Source: an uncultured bacterium (GTDB lineage: Bacteria; Auribacterota; JAFGBW01). From it: a DNA stretch of 64,000 bases. The position numbers were made by a program, and so were the translations under genes. The notes under the pieces were generated by a model. It did not search any database. It saw nothing but the letters and a program-made list of their open reading frames with translations, and had not been told where the DNA came from. Below, in pieces: positions 36,644 through 46,434 of this stretch (within the stretch, counting starts at the first letter, position 1; the number at the start of each line of letters is the position of its first letter). The stretch spans positions 70,082 to 134,081 of the forward strand of contig CAYUET010000002.1 of assembly GCA_964443875.1 (NCBI GenBank). Reading direction: 5' to 3'.

Positions 36644-37021
36644 TTAAATGATTCTTTTAAATTCCCTCAGATAGAGATCCTCGGTCATTATGCTTATAAA
36701 TTTATCATCATCGCATATGCTGATAATATCCTTCATTCTTAACAGCGGAAAAAAATGTTCTGTTAACCAGACTTTCAAATTTCCCCGGTCATCGCACATG
36801 AAGATTTTCCCACCGGAACTGGTGAAATTTTCAGTAAGTTTTACGACATCATATTTTTCATGGCAGATGTTTTTATATTTTAATCCCGAGTCCACAAAAT
36901 AGATATAAACATGTGCCTGTTCCATAAGGTGAAAGGATGCATAGCGCACAGCCACCCAGCAGGTTTCAATATCATTGGTCGAAATGATAATGCCCACTTT
37001 TTTATTTTCAGTCTTTTTCAT
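36644..37021 (-). CDS. Small DsrE/DsrF/YchN-like protein (tentative)
   Basis: 125 aa. KKVGIIISTNDIETCWVAVRYA and KIFMCDD loosely match the DsrE-like fold. The RBS is weak. Confidence 0.4.
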   Translation of the reverse strand: MKKTENKKVGIIISTNDIETCWVAVRYASFHLMEQAHVYIYFVDSGLKYKNICHEKYDVVKLTENFTSSGGKIFMCDDRGNLKVWLTEHFFPLLRMKDIISICDDDKFISIMTEDLYLREFKRII

Positions 37022-37353
37022 AATCTTTATTTAATCTTTTTTATATAAATAACCAACCAGTTTTTTATGGAGATCAATCCTTTGTGCAAACGGGCGGCAT
37101 CAGTCCCTGGGGAGCCCTTCAGCTATGGCTATCCCGTATACGGCATGAATATAAACATAAATCCTTTTTTTTGAAATTGGACTCCAATTGATTCCAGATT
37201 TCTATTTATAAAATGTGCGGGTAAAAGAATCCAAAAAAGTCTTTTCCGCGTGACGTAAGTTTAAAATAGTATTATAAGAAAAAACTTCATGATTGCGACA
37301 CAGTGTTTTAGTATAAAAAAGCAGGCTTTTCCCTTTCAACTTAAAAAGGACTT

Positions 37354-38895
37354 TTGCCCATGACATCTTTGGTTAACACATATTTTAATAACTCTGTTAT
37401 TCAGGGAAGTATCAATCTTTTTCTTCTTGTTCTGATCGTTACAGGTGTCTGTTTTCTGATTATCGGGCATGAGCGCAGAAGTGACAGGGAAAAACTTCAC
37501 CCCTGGTTCGGGCAATATACCGTAAACATCCCCAATTTCATGTCCTATCTCCGTTTTCCAATCGGGGCCTTTATGTGCTGTATTTACTTTTTTACGATTT
37601 TCCATACCCCTTTCTGGAATTTTATTTTCCATTTATGTTTTGCCCTGGTCTGTGTTTTTGACTATCTGGACGGAACCTTTGCCCGAAAATGGAATGCCAT
37701 CACCGAAGACGGGAAATCCCTGGATCCGGCATCAGATAAATGGGTCACTTTCTGCCTTGCTCTTCTGGGCTTTTTTTATGCGGGACTTCGCTGGTGGGTG
37801 CTTGCGATTGTGGTTGTCCGCGAGGTTTTAAGCATGTTTCAAAGGGCAAGAATGCGGCGCAAGGGAGAGGATGTTTCAGCCAAATGGCTTGGGAAGGTGA
37901 AAACGGGGGTGCAGTTTGCCGTACTCTATATTGTCATTTTGAGATCCCCTGTTCTGCCTGGTACGATTGGTCTGGACCAGTTTGCAAAAATGCTTCCTGA
38001 CGGTCTTGTTCTCTGGGGAATGCTTCTGATGTGCTTTTGCACCATTATTTCCCTGTTCCCCTTTTATAAAACATTTTCCTATGTGAACGATTATACCAAA
38101 TCTCAGAAGGAGGAATGCAATAAGGCCTGGTATATTCTTGGCATTCCGAACTTCTTTACCATGGGGAATTATCTTTGCGGGGTCACGGCTGTCTATTTTG
38201 CGATGCCGGAGGTGCATGTGGACTACCGGCCTTTTGTGGTGCTGTTCTGGATTATCGCGGCCGGGATTTGCGATGCCATCGACGGTCCCATGGCCAGAAA
38301 ATTGAAGTCCTATTCGGATTTCGGAGCCTGCCTGGATTCTTCGGTGGATCTTTCCACCTTCGGTCTTGCTACCGCCATCATTATTTCCTTCCGTTTCTGG
38401 CAGGAAAACTGGCCTTTGCTGGGCATTGTTCTTGGCTCGATCTATTTTGTTTTCGTTCATTTGCGGCTTGCGCGTTTTACCGTGCTTTTAAATGATAATG
38501 AGGATAAAACCAAAAAACAGGATTTTGTCGGCATGCCTTCCCCTTCCGGCTCCATGGGAGTGATGGTGGCGTTTACTTTTTTTCAGGAGGTCTGGGCGCT
38601 TACGATTGCGGTTCTTTTTCTTTCCTGGGTCATGTACAGCAAATTGGATTTCATCAGTCATTCGAATTCCGTTAAACATACGATTTATAGATATGTGCTG
38701 ATCCCTTTTGTTCTCATCGGTTTTTTTATGCTTTGTATCCTGGTGTTTCAGCAGCCTTTTGTGAGTGCGCATACGTCCCGTGAACTGATTATTTATTTTA
38801 AAATTTGTTCCTGGATTCTTTTTGTGCCCTGGATGATCTATATGCTGGATGCTATCTGGAGGACCTATATCCGGAAATGGATCAAAGAGGTTTAA
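37354..38895 (+). CDS. Membrane protein with two tandem CDP-alcohol phosphatidyltransferase domains
   Basis: 513 aa. Two complete DGx2ARx8Gx3Dx3D signatures are present: FDYLDGTFARKWNAITEDGKSLDPASD and DAIDGPMARKLKSYSDFGACLDSSVD. Each sits in its own TM bundle. Confidence 0.8.
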   Translation: MPMTSLVNTYFNNSVIQGSINLFLLVLIVTGVCFLIIGHERRSDREKLHPWFGQYTVNIPNFMSYLRFPIGAFMCCIYFFTIFHTPFWNFIFHLCFALVCVFDYLDGTFARKWNAITEDGKSLDPASDKWVTFCLALLGFFYAGLRWWVLAIVVVREVLSMFQRARMRRKGEDVSAKWLGKVKTGVQFAVLYIVILRSPVLPGTIGLDQFAKMLPDGLVLWGMLLMCFCTIISLFPFYKTFSYVNDYTKSQKEECNKAWYILGIPNFFTMGNYLCGVTAVYFAMPEVHVDYRPFVVLFWIIAAGICDAIDGPMARKLKSYSDFGACLDSSVDLSTFGLATAIIISFRFWQENWPLLGIVLGSIYFVFVHLRLARFTVLLNDNEDKTKKQDFVGMPSPSGSMGVMVAFTFFQEVWALTIAVLFLSWVMYSKLDFISHSNSVKHTIYRYVLIPFVLIGFFMLCILVFQQPFVSAHTSRELIIYFKICSWILFVPWMIYMLDAIWRTYIRKWIKEV

Positions 38896-39026
38896 CCCGG
38901 ATTTCAGATGCTGCTGCAATATCCCCGGAACAAGGCCCGTCTTCTGAAAAAAACAGGGCTTTGTAAAAAAATCAAAAGAGATCAGGCCTGAAGGAAGCAG
39001 ATTTTCAGAGAGACCTTACTATTTTT

Positions 39027-39752
39027 TTATGATCTGTTCCGGCTGAGATAATTTTTTTGAAGTTCAAGAATCTGCTGAATGCCTGATTTTCCAAGGGAAA
39101 CAAGACTTTCCAGCTGGGATTGAGTAAAAGGATTTTCCTCGGAGGACATCTGCACTTCCACGAATTTCCCTGATTCCGTCATTACGAGGTTCATGTCCAC
39201 ATCGGCTTTGGAATCCTCGGAATAATCCAGGTCTAAGAGCAGTTCCCCTTTGACAAGCCCCAGGCTTACGGCGCAGACATGTTCGATCTGCGGATTTTCC
39301 TGAAGGAGACCTTCCCTGAGCATCCGGGAAATCGCAAGGCTTAAGGCTACGGAAGAGCCGGTGATAGATGCCGTACGGGTTCCCCCGTCGGCTTGAAGCA
39401 CATCACAGTCAATCCAGATTGTTTTACCCGGAATTTTTTTAAGATCCACAACGGTTCGGAGGGCCCGGCCGATAAGTCTCTGAATTTCAATGGTGCGTCC
39501 GCCCTGTTTGCCTTTGGAGGCTTCCCGGGGAGCGCGGGTCGGTGTAGAGGCGGGAAGCATGGAATATTCGCAGGTGAGCCAGCCGTCGGTCAGGGGATTC
39601 AGAAAAGGAGGAACTTTGTCTTCAATGCTCACCGCACAGTTGACAAGGGTATTGCCGGATTGCATGAGAACTGATCCCTTGGCATACTTCTGCAGAGGTG
39701 CCAGAAGGGAGGTTTCCCGGAGCTGATTGAAAAGCCGTCCTTCAGAACGCAT
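39027..39752 (-). CDS. rph: Ribonuclease PH
   Basis: MRSEGRLFNQLRE...KGKQGGRTIEIQRLIGRALR...DCDVLQADGGTRTASITG is colinear with E. coli RNase PH. The start was set at the internal Met matching the family N-terminus. The ORF is open upstream to 39842. Confidence 0.85.
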   Translation of the reverse strand: MRSEGRLFNQLRETSLLAPLQKYAKGSVLMQSGNTLVNCAVSIEDKVPPFLNPLTDGWLTCEYSMLPASTPTRAPREASKGKQGGRTIEIQRLIGRALRTVVDLKKIPGKTIWIDCDVLQADGGTRTASITGSSVALSLAISRMLREGLLQENPQIEHVCAVSLGLVKGELLLDLDYSEDSKADVDMNLVMTESGKFVEVQMSSEENPFTQSQLESLVSLGKSGIQQILELQKNYLSRNRS

Positions 39753-39759
39753 AAAGACT

Positions 39760-40080
39760 TTAGTTGCTCTGGGCAAGAGTGCGCAGGTAAGCCCGCACAT
39801 TCTTGAACCCCTGAAGGTGTTTGAAGGTGGCCCCATTTTCAAAAATCACAGCGGTTTCTGAATAGGGCAGATTATAATGTTCAATGATTTTCCGGCTCAT
39901 TTCATAATTCAATTCAAATTTTCTGAGCCTGCCGTTGTATTCGGGCTGAATGACTTCTACAAAAGGCGGGGAATTTCTGTCGTCCATTTCATTTTTCCTT
40001 TGAAAGTTCACCAGGACCGGGGTTTTTATGTCCCTTATCATGGTTTTGAAAGCGTCAAGCATCTGTTCGTTATGAATCAT
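39760..40080 (-). CDS. Hypothetical protein (106 aa)
   Basis: It ends 8 nt upstream of rph and is probably co-transcribed. No family was recognised. Confidence 0.4.
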   Translation of the reverse strand: MIHNEQMLDAFKTMIRDIKTPVLVNFQRKNEMDDRNSPPFVEVIQPEYNGRLRKFELNYEMSRKIIEHYNLPYSETAVIFENGATFKHLQGFKNVRAYLRTLAQSN

Positions 40081-40186
40081 AAGGCCCCCCTCATTTAAGG
40101 CGTAATCTTAAGACGGGGATTGAAAAAAAACAAGAGAAAAAAACGATTTTTTCTCACATTGCTGAAAAATGGAACATTGGGGGATT

Positions 40187-40585
40187 TTATTGCTGGACGT
40201 TGAAGAAAATGTAGGCGAGAACTCCGGAGAGGATAATAAGAGCCAGGCGGTTTAAATGTTTGATGATATGGAATTTTTCTTCATTTTCAGGGGCGATCAC
40301 ATCATCGGCCAGTTCCTCGAAATTCTGAAAAAGCTCTATTCCGATGAAAATGCAGAGAAGGAGAATTAAAAAGGGGTGATACGATATAAACTGATAGAGG
40401 GATTGAAAACTTTTAGAAAACCCTGTAAAGATGATGGTCAGGGTCAGGCAGGCAATAAAGATCTTTAAAAATTTCTGATGAATTTTCAGCATAAAAAATT
40501 CCCTTCTGCTCAAGTATTTTGAAATACGGTTGAAAGGATTCTTCCTGTTTAACACATTATAGCTTTTCAGAAGGAATGTTTCCAT
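40187..40585 (-). CDS. Hypothetical small membrane protein
   Basis: 132 aa with three hydrophobic helices. Confidence 0.4.
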   Translation of the reverse strand: METFLLKSYNVLNRKNPFNRISKYLSRREFFMLKIHQKFLKIFIACLTLTIIFTGFSKSFQSLYQFISYHPFLILLLCIFIGIELFQNFEELADDVIAPENEEKFHIIKHLNRLALIILSGVLAYIFFNVQQ

Positions 40586-40820
40586 CTTTTACTTAAATAT
40601 TTATCGGCGTCTGCGGATGATGAAAAATTTTAAGGTATATTTTTTTTAAGTATGATAGGGTCAAAAAACATGGTTTAAGGTTGGTTATCGTGCCAGCGGT
40701 AATTCCCCTAAAAGGAGGGTGACAGGATCAAACTTTTTATATAATAAGGGATTCAAAGCATTTAAAATTATTTTCATTCAATATGCGGGTTATTCGAGTA
40801 AATATAAGGAGTGTTGAATA

Positions 40821-42020
40821 ATGTCGGAGAACATATTTTCAGATCGAATCGTGGATGTTCCCAGGTCTTTTATCCGGGAAATTCTTAAGGTCACCCTTGA
40901 TAAAAATGTTATTTCATTTGCCGGAGGCCTGCCCAATCGTGATCTTTTTCCGGTTGCAGAGCTTAAAGAAGCGACTCAGCAGGTGTTTGATATTTACGGC
41001 TGTGATATTTTTCAATACAGCAACTCCGAAGGTCATCAAAAGCTCCGGGAATACATTTCCGCACGCTACCGGCAAAAGAAAAATCTGAACATTCCGGTGG
41101 ATAATATTCTCATAACGAGCGGTTCCCAGCAGGGACTGGATCTTCTGGGAAAGGTGCTTTTAAACGACAGGGACGGCCTCGTGATTGAAGAACCCGGATA
41201 CCTCGGAGCTATTCAGTCTTTTTCACTTTATAAGCCCCGTTTTCTGCCGGTCAGGATCACTGAAACAGGCATGGATACAGAGAAATTAAGAGAAGTCATT
41301 GTTTCTGAAAAACCGAAACTGATGTATACCGTCCCCACCTTTCAGAATCCTTCAGGAATTTCCTATACGCCTGATAACCGCCGTGAAGTCGCTAAAATCA
41401 TTGAGCGGAGTCAGACCCTGCTGATTGAGGATGACGCCTACGGTGAATTGCGGTTCTCAGGGGAGAGCAAAGAGTCTTTTAAGGACCTGCTTCCTGAACA
41501 GTGCGTGCTTTTAGGATCTTTTTCAAAAATTGTAATTCCGGGATTCAGAATCGGGTGGGTTGTGGCTTCAGATTCCATCATGGATAAGCTGATCGTTGCC
41601 AAGCAGGCGGCGGATCTGCATACGAGCCATTTTACCCAGAGTATCCTGTATCAGTATCTGAACGATAATGATGTGGACAAGCACATCCGTCTTATCCGCG
41701 AGGCCTATGGGAAGCAATGTCAGGCGATGCTTGACGGGATGGAGGAGTATTTTCCAAAAGAGATGAAATTTACACGGCCCGAGGGAGGAATGTTTTCCTG
41801 GGCTGAACTGCCCGAGGGGCTTAATTCTCTCGATCTTTTTGAGCTGGCGGTGAAGGATAATGTTATTTTTGTTCCGGGAGATCCTTTTTATGTGGGAAAG
41901 AAAAAAACTCGCACCATGAGGCTTAATTTTTCCTGCGTTGATGAAGCCACAATTCTTGTGGGGATTCAAAGGCTGGGCAAGGCTATTCAGAAATTGATGG
42001 ATAAAAGAGTATCTGTCTAA
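40821..42020 (+). CDS. PLP-dependent aminotransferase, class I/II
   Basis: 399 aa. SFSKIVIPGFRIGWVVAS carries the PLP lysine motif. The RBS is AAGGAG. Confidence 0.8.
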   Translation: MSENIFSDRIVDVPRSFIREILKVTLDKNVISFAGGLPNRDLFPVAELKEATQQVFDIYGCDIFQYSNSEGHQKLREYISARYRQKKNLNIPVDNILITSGSQQGLDLLGKVLLNDRDGLVIEEPGYLGAIQSFSLYKPRFLPVRITETGMDTEKLREVIVSEKPKLMYTVPTFQNPSGISYTPDNRREVAKIIERSQTLLIEDDAYGELRFSGESKESFKDLLPEQCVLLGSFSKIVIPGFRIGWVVASDSIMDKLIVAKQAADLHTSHFTQSILYQYLNDNDVDKHIRLIREAYGKQCQAMLDGMEEYFPKEMKFTRPEGGMFSWAELPEGLNSLDLFELAVKDNVIFVPGDPFYVGKKKTRTMRLNFSCVDEATILVGIQRLGKAIQKLMDKRVSV

Positions 42021-42027
42021 TCCCTAT

Positions 42028-42149
42028 GGGTTTAATTCCCTGGAGTTTACTGCGGATTGTCATTTCGGGCGTTGGTGAGAAATCCAGATTCCTCACATTT
42101 GTTCGGAATGAGATTTGATACTCCGCAGCCTGCGAGAGGGTTGTTCATT
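42028..42149. repeat. Structured intergenic repeat element, copy A
   Basis: It has conserved termini (GGGTTTAATTCC...ACTGCGGaTTGTCATT and ...CGCAGCcTGCGaGaGGGTTGTTCATT). These flank a nested hairpin core (GTCATTTCGgG...TTCGGAATGA and GTGAG-N12-CTCAC). Confidence 0.7.
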
Positions 42150-42170
42150 CTTCTTTGAAGACAGAAAATT

Positions 42171-42638
42171 TCAGGCTTTGTTTTTTTTTATTTGCTTGAG
42201 AATGGCCTGGATCAGAGTGTCCAGGCTTTGAAGAAAGGCGGAGCGGTCTTTTTTTTCAAAGGGCGCGGGGCCTGAAGTCATATCCCCGATGCTTCGCAGG
42301 TAGGTGGAAAGATCCCGGGCGGCCAGGGCGCTTCCTATGGATTCCGGAGTGTAAATACGGCCCTTGGAGTTGAGAACTCTTGCCCCTTTTTTAATGGAGC
42401 GGGAGGCAAGCGGGATGTCGGTTGTGATGACGATGTCGGTATCTGTGACCTTTTCAACAATCCAGTCGTCGGCCGCATCCATGTTTCCGGGGACGACGAC
42501 CATTTCAAACAGGTCTTCCCGGGGTATCCGCATGGGAGCGTTGGCCACGAGATACACCCTGATCTTATAGCGCAGAGCCACACGATACACCTCTTCTTTG
42601 ACAGGACAGGCATCCGCATCCACATAGAGGGTAATCAT
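42171..42638 (-). CDS. YaiI/YqxD family protein (UPF0178, DUF188)
   Basis: 155 aa. MITLYVDADACPVKEEV is the N-terminus typical of the UPF0178 family. Confidence 0.75.
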   Translation of the reverse strand: MITLYVDADACPVKEEVYRVALRYKIRVYLVANAPMRIPREDLFEMVVVPGNMDAADDWIVEKVTDTDIVITTDIPLASRSIKKGARVLNSKGRIYTPESIGSALAARDLSTYLRSIGDMTSGPAPFEKKDRSAFLQSLDTLIQAILKQIKKNKA

Positions 42639-42691
42639 TTTAAAAACCTTTCCTATAAAGAAATTGTAAAATTTCTGATTTTAATTTCATT

Positions 42692-42813
42692 GGAATTAAT
42701 TCCCGGAAGCTTACTGCGGCTTGTCATTTCGAGCGTTAGCGAGAAATCCAGATTCCTCACGTTTGTTCGGAATGACTTTAGATACCTCACAGCTTGCTGC
42801 GGGGTGTTTCATT
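42692..42813. repeat. Structured intergenic repeat element, copy B
   Basis: It is about 85% identical to copy A through the core (GTCATTTCGAGCGTTAGCGAGAAATCCAGATTCCTCACGTTTGTTCGGAATGAC) and has the same termini (CAGCTTGCTGCGGGGTGTTTCATT). Confidence 0.7.
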
Positions 42814-42941
42814 TTTTATTTTCATGTTCCTTGAGCAGTTAACCATATTTTAAGTTTAAAAACAAATCAAAGCTTGATTTGAATTTGTTTTTGATTAACA
42901 TCAACTGTTAAATGACGGTCAATAACAACAGAGGAGGCGTT

Positions 42942-43544
42942 ATGAGAAATGGATTGAAAATACTTTTTTGGGGAATGATTGTGGCCATTTTTAGCGGCGT
43001 GGTTCTCAATGCAGAAGAGATTACGAATGACACCCTGAAAACAATCTTCAGCCGTAAAAGTGTCCGTTCTTATAAAAATGAAGTGGTCACCCGGGATCAG
43101 TTAAGTCTGCTCGTCAAGGCTGCTATGGCTGCTCCAACGGCTGTGGACAAGCGTCCCTGGGAATTCATTGTCATCACGGACAGGAAAGTGTTGGAGGAAT
43201 TGAGCGAAGTTCTGCCGTATGCCAAAATGGTGACAGAGGCAGGCTCGGCGGTGATTATTTTAGGGGATACGGAAAAACAGTTCGGCGGAACAAACAGCAA
43301 TTTCTGGGTGATGGATTGCAGCGCCGCTACGGAGAACTTTCTTTTGGCTGCTGAATCCATGGGGCTTGGCGCTGTATGGACAGCCATTTATCCGGATCAG
43401 TTGAGAGTCAGTAAGGTACGGGAGGCACTTAAGATTCCCGACCGTTACATCCCCTTGAATCTGATTCCCGTGGGCATTCCCACAGGGGAGGATAAACCTA
43501 AAGACAAATATAATGCCGCTCAGATCCACTGGGAGAAATGGTAG
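42942..43544 (+). CDS. Nitroreductase-family flavoprotein with an N-terminal signal or anchor
   Basis: FSRKSVRSYKNEVVTRDQLSLLVKAAMAAPTAVDKRPWEFIVI is the nitroreductase motif. The ATG at 42942 follows an AGGAGG RBS that lies inside the longer listed ORF. Confidence 0.8.
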   Translation: MRNGLKILFWGMIVAIFSGVVLNAEEITNDTLKTIFSRKSVRSYKNEVVTRDQLSLLVKAAMAAPTAVDKRPWEFIVITDRKVLEELSEVLPYAKMVTEAGSAVIILGDTEKQFGGTNSNFWVMDCSAATENFLLAAESMGLGAVWTAIYPDQLRVSKVREALKIPDRYIPLNLIPVGIPTGEDKPKDKYNAAQIHWEKW

Positions 43545-43612
43545 ATATTTACGATATAAAAAAAGCCGGATACGGGAGCTCCCTGTATCCGGCTTTTTTT
43601 AATTTGAAGTTT

Positions 43613-46351
43613 CTATTTTTTAATCAGGTCAATTTCAATATTCAGAGGTTCGGCAAATTGATCCAGTACCTCTTTTTCAATAAAGGGAATATCCTGTTCC
43701 AGCTTAAAGGCAAGGTCTTTATTCTGACAGCGGAGTTTTCCGATTTTATACTGTCCATAGGAAAGCTTTTCAGGATTTTTATAGGTTACGATGATTTTTT
43801 TGCCCTGGAAAAGTGTCTGGACGCTGATTTCGCAGCTTTCATCAAACTGTTTTGCAAGCAGTTTCGGATTGAAGCTTAAATGGCCCATGATGCCGCGGAT
43901 GCCGAAAACCTCCAGGAGCATGGTCATGACAGTCCAGGCGGCAGAGCCTGTGATGTAGCAGTAACGCGCGCGGCCTTCGCCGTTGAAATATTCCGGAACG
44001 CAGGGGAAGAAAAGGCTTTTTTCAGTATTCTTCCACATTTTATAGATGGAGTGGAGGACCTCAAAACCCTCTTTTACAAGGCCTCTGCGGTAAAGTCCGT
44101 TGGCGAACATGACGTTCATGTGGCTGAAGAAGCTTCCGTTTTCCTTGTCTCCGTAATTGAAGGAAAAGGCGCGTCCCATGTTGAGCATCATTTTTCCGAA
44201 GTTGGTATTGAGCCTGAAGCCCTGGTGCTCCTTGTCTCTCAAAAGATCGCCTGCGGCCTTGAAGGCCTTTTTACACTGGGATTCAGTAGCCACGCCGGAC
44301 ATGATGGGGAAGACCTGACCGGTGAGGGTCATCTGTTCTTCATTATTAATCATTCCTTCAAGGCGCATTCCGTCGTTGTTGTAATAGCCGTTGAAATATT
44401 CGTGTTTTCCGGTAGAGATGAACTCATTGTCACGGATCTGTTTTTTGAGGGCCTCTGAATAGGTGTTCAGAATTTCAGAAAGTTCATTCAGATTAAAAGA
44501 AACCTGTTCCCCATTAATTCTTCCTTCTTCTACCTTAATGAAATAAGCCTGAAGCACAGCCTGCAGTTTTACGGGGTCGTTTAAAAAGACAGCGGGGATT
44601 CCGGGCTTGACCAGGGAGAGCATTTCCGAGGGAAGGGAAAGGGCGGGGATGTCTTTTTCCGCAAGAATGCCGCAGTAACGGGCCAGGGTTGCGAGGTTGG
44701 CTGCAAAGGCTGCGGAAAAGGGAACGGATTCGCCTTTGGCATGAGCCATGTCCAGACCGTCATTCCAGTCCGCATCTTCAAGCCGGAGATTTCCGTGTTC
44801 TCCGCGGTTGAAGAACTGGGTGAGGTTCTGAAGAAGCAGGTGGATAAAAATTTCACTTTTAACGACTTCATTATTTTTATTTTTAAGCCAGGTTCCGTCT
44901 TCTTTTTTCCAGTCCGGGTTGATTTTTTTGCTCCGGTGTGAAAAACGGTCCTGGAAAAAGGGTCTTTTTTCCAGAAGAATGGAATAATCGCCTGTCTGCT
45001 GAACATAGAGATCAATGGTCACTGTCGGCCATACGCCGTGATCCATCCAGGTCCTGGGAATGTTATTGCGGTCGGCAATGAATTCTCCGGGTTTAAGCCC
45101 GATAATGGTTGCATTGGAGCCGTCGATCCTGACTCCCTGAATGTTGTTCAAAAGGATGTCTCGTGTATCGGAAGGGTTGGTTAAAAGGATGCCCAGACAG
45201 TCCTGCCACAGGTCTCTCCAGCCTCTTCCTCCGCGGCCATAGCCGAAATCCGGAAGAAAGGAACAGCCGAAGATGCGGCGCATGACGGGCTGCAGGGAAA
45301 CCCAGACAAGCCAGTTGTTGAAGGCGGGATCTCCGGTCATGAAGACGAGCCGCTCAACCTGGTTTTTCCACCAGACCCTGGTTTCCTCAAAAACAGACAT
45401 GACCTTCCGGTCGGAATTGTAGCGTTCCAGAAGAGGCATCCAGTTCTCTTCCCGGTTATGAATTCCAAGAAGGATTGCAAATTGCCGGGATTCTCCGGGA
45501 TTAAGCGTAAAGGATTTGAAGCGCAGGGCCGCGATGCACTGCATGCCGTCTGTGTCTTTGGGATCTTCAAAGGCTTTGTCCGTATAGATCATTTCCGGGG
45601 TTTCCAGACTTCCGCCCTCGCCGATAAAGGCTTCAAGGTCGGAAACAACACCTGCAAGGGTTTCCCCTTCTGAAGAAAAGGCAAAGGCTGAATAATCATT
45701 GGCGCAGGGTTTGTGGCCTCTTTCATCAAAGGACATGGTCGGGCAGAGGATCACGCCGTTGGGGTGTTTTTTATTCCGGTTGAGCATGGTGGTCACCTGA
45801 CGGTGGTCCCTCAAATTATCAGCAGAACGGCCGTATAAAGGAATTGCAGCCGTAGGCAGAAGCGTCAGCGGGGCATCAGAAGTGTTGGTGAGCGTAATCA
45901 GACTGACTTCAAAAGGGTCTCCATTGGAAGGAACAAACATATCGGTTCGGGCTTTTAAGCCTGTTTTTTTATGGGCTCTTTCAGTGGTAAAATACCCCGG
46001 TCCGGCAAAGACATCCGTATTGCAGGCTTTCTGGCTTTTGGCTCTCTGAAAAGCTTCATCGGCACTGACCCCCGGGACAGACCAGATTTCCTTATCGTTG
46101 ATTTTGACCCAGAAATTCCTGGAATTTTTGGTTTGTAGAATGCTTTCGGATACCTGGGGTTCTGTTAAAAAGGAATTCTGGCCGGTTTTGATATCGCCTT
46201 TGAGCTCGGGGGTGACGGCGGACATCATTCCCTGCATATTGAAAAGAGGAAAGTAAAGCCGGTTGATACGGTTTGCATTTTTAACCGTGAATTCGCCTGT
46301 GGGTTTTTTTTCTTTTGCGGTAAAGTCCAGCTGCATTCTTTTTGAGGCCAT
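43613..46351 (-). CDS. GH94-family-like glycoside phosphorylase (cellobiose/cellodextrin/chitobiose phosphorylase-like)
   Basis: 912 aa. GRGGRGWRDLWQD parallels the GxGxGFRDSNQD motif. LRLEDADWNDGLDMA carries the catalytic-Asp DWND motif. ITGSAAW parallels the WLTGSASW motif of the GH94/GH65 six-hairpin fold. Confidence 0.6.
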   Translation of the reverse strand: MASKRMQLDFTAKEKKPTGEFTVKNANRINRLYFPLFNMQGMMSAVTPELKGDIKTGQNSFLTEPQVSESILQTKNSRNFWVKINDKEIWSVPGVSADEAFQRAKSQKACNTDVFAGPGYFTTERAHKKTGLKARTDMFVPSNGDPFEVSLITLTNTSDAPLTLLPTAAIPLYGRSADNLRDHRQVTTMLNRNKKHPNGVILCPTMSFDERGHKPCANDYSAFAFSSEGETLAGVVSDLEAFIGEGGSLETPEMIYTDKAFEDPKDTDGMQCIAALRFKSFTLNPGESRQFAILLGIHNREENWMPLLERYNSDRKVMSVFEETRVWWKNQVERLVFMTGDPAFNNWLVWVSLQPVMRRIFGCSFLPDFGYGRGGRGWRDLWQDCLGILLTNPSDTRDILLNNIQGVRIDGSNATIIGLKPGEFIADRNNIPRTWMDHGVWPTVTIDLYVQQTGDYSILLEKRPFFQDRFSHRSKKINPDWKKEDGTWLKNKNNEVVKSEIFIHLLLQNLTQFFNRGEHGNLRLEDADWNDGLDMAHAKGESVPFSAAFAANLATLARYCGILAEKDIPALSLPSEMLSLVKPGIPAVFLNDPVKLQAVLQAYFIKVEEGRINGEQVSFNLNELSEILNTYSEALKKQIRDNEFISTGKHEYFNGYYNNDGMRLEGMINNEEQMTLTGQVFPIMSGVATESQCKKAFKAAGDLLRDKEHQGFRLNTNFGKMMLNMGRAFSFNYGDKENGSFFSHMNVMFANGLYRRGLVKEGFEVLHSIYKMWKNTEKSLFFPCVPEYFNGEGRARYCYITGSAAWTVMTMLLEVFGIRGIMGHLSFNPKLLAKQFDESCEISVQTLFQGKKIIVTYKNPEKLSYGQYKIGKLRCQNKDLAFKLEQDIPFIEKEVLDQFAEPLNIEIDLIKK

Positions 46352-46406
46352 TATATTCTCCTTTTTATATAAATAGTCCGGATATTTAGGGATTTTTTTG
46401 GCTCAA

Positions 46407-46434
46407 GGTCAAGGCTTTTCCTGACCCTTTTTTT
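46407..46434 (+). terminator. Terminator-like hairpin (GGTCAAGG-cuuuu-CCTGACC followed by CTTTTTTTAT) in the 5' leader of the 46528 gene
   Basis: A GC stem of 7 bp plus a bulge is followed by a run of 7 T on the + strand. It lies 90 nt upstream of the start codon, between divergent genes. Confidence 0.4.

Noticed and set aside
37876-38460. 194-aa - strand ORF rich in His, Arg and Gly
   Set aside because: It is antisense to the tandem CDP-alcohol phosphatidyltransferase gene, whose two perfect active-site signatures fix the true frame.
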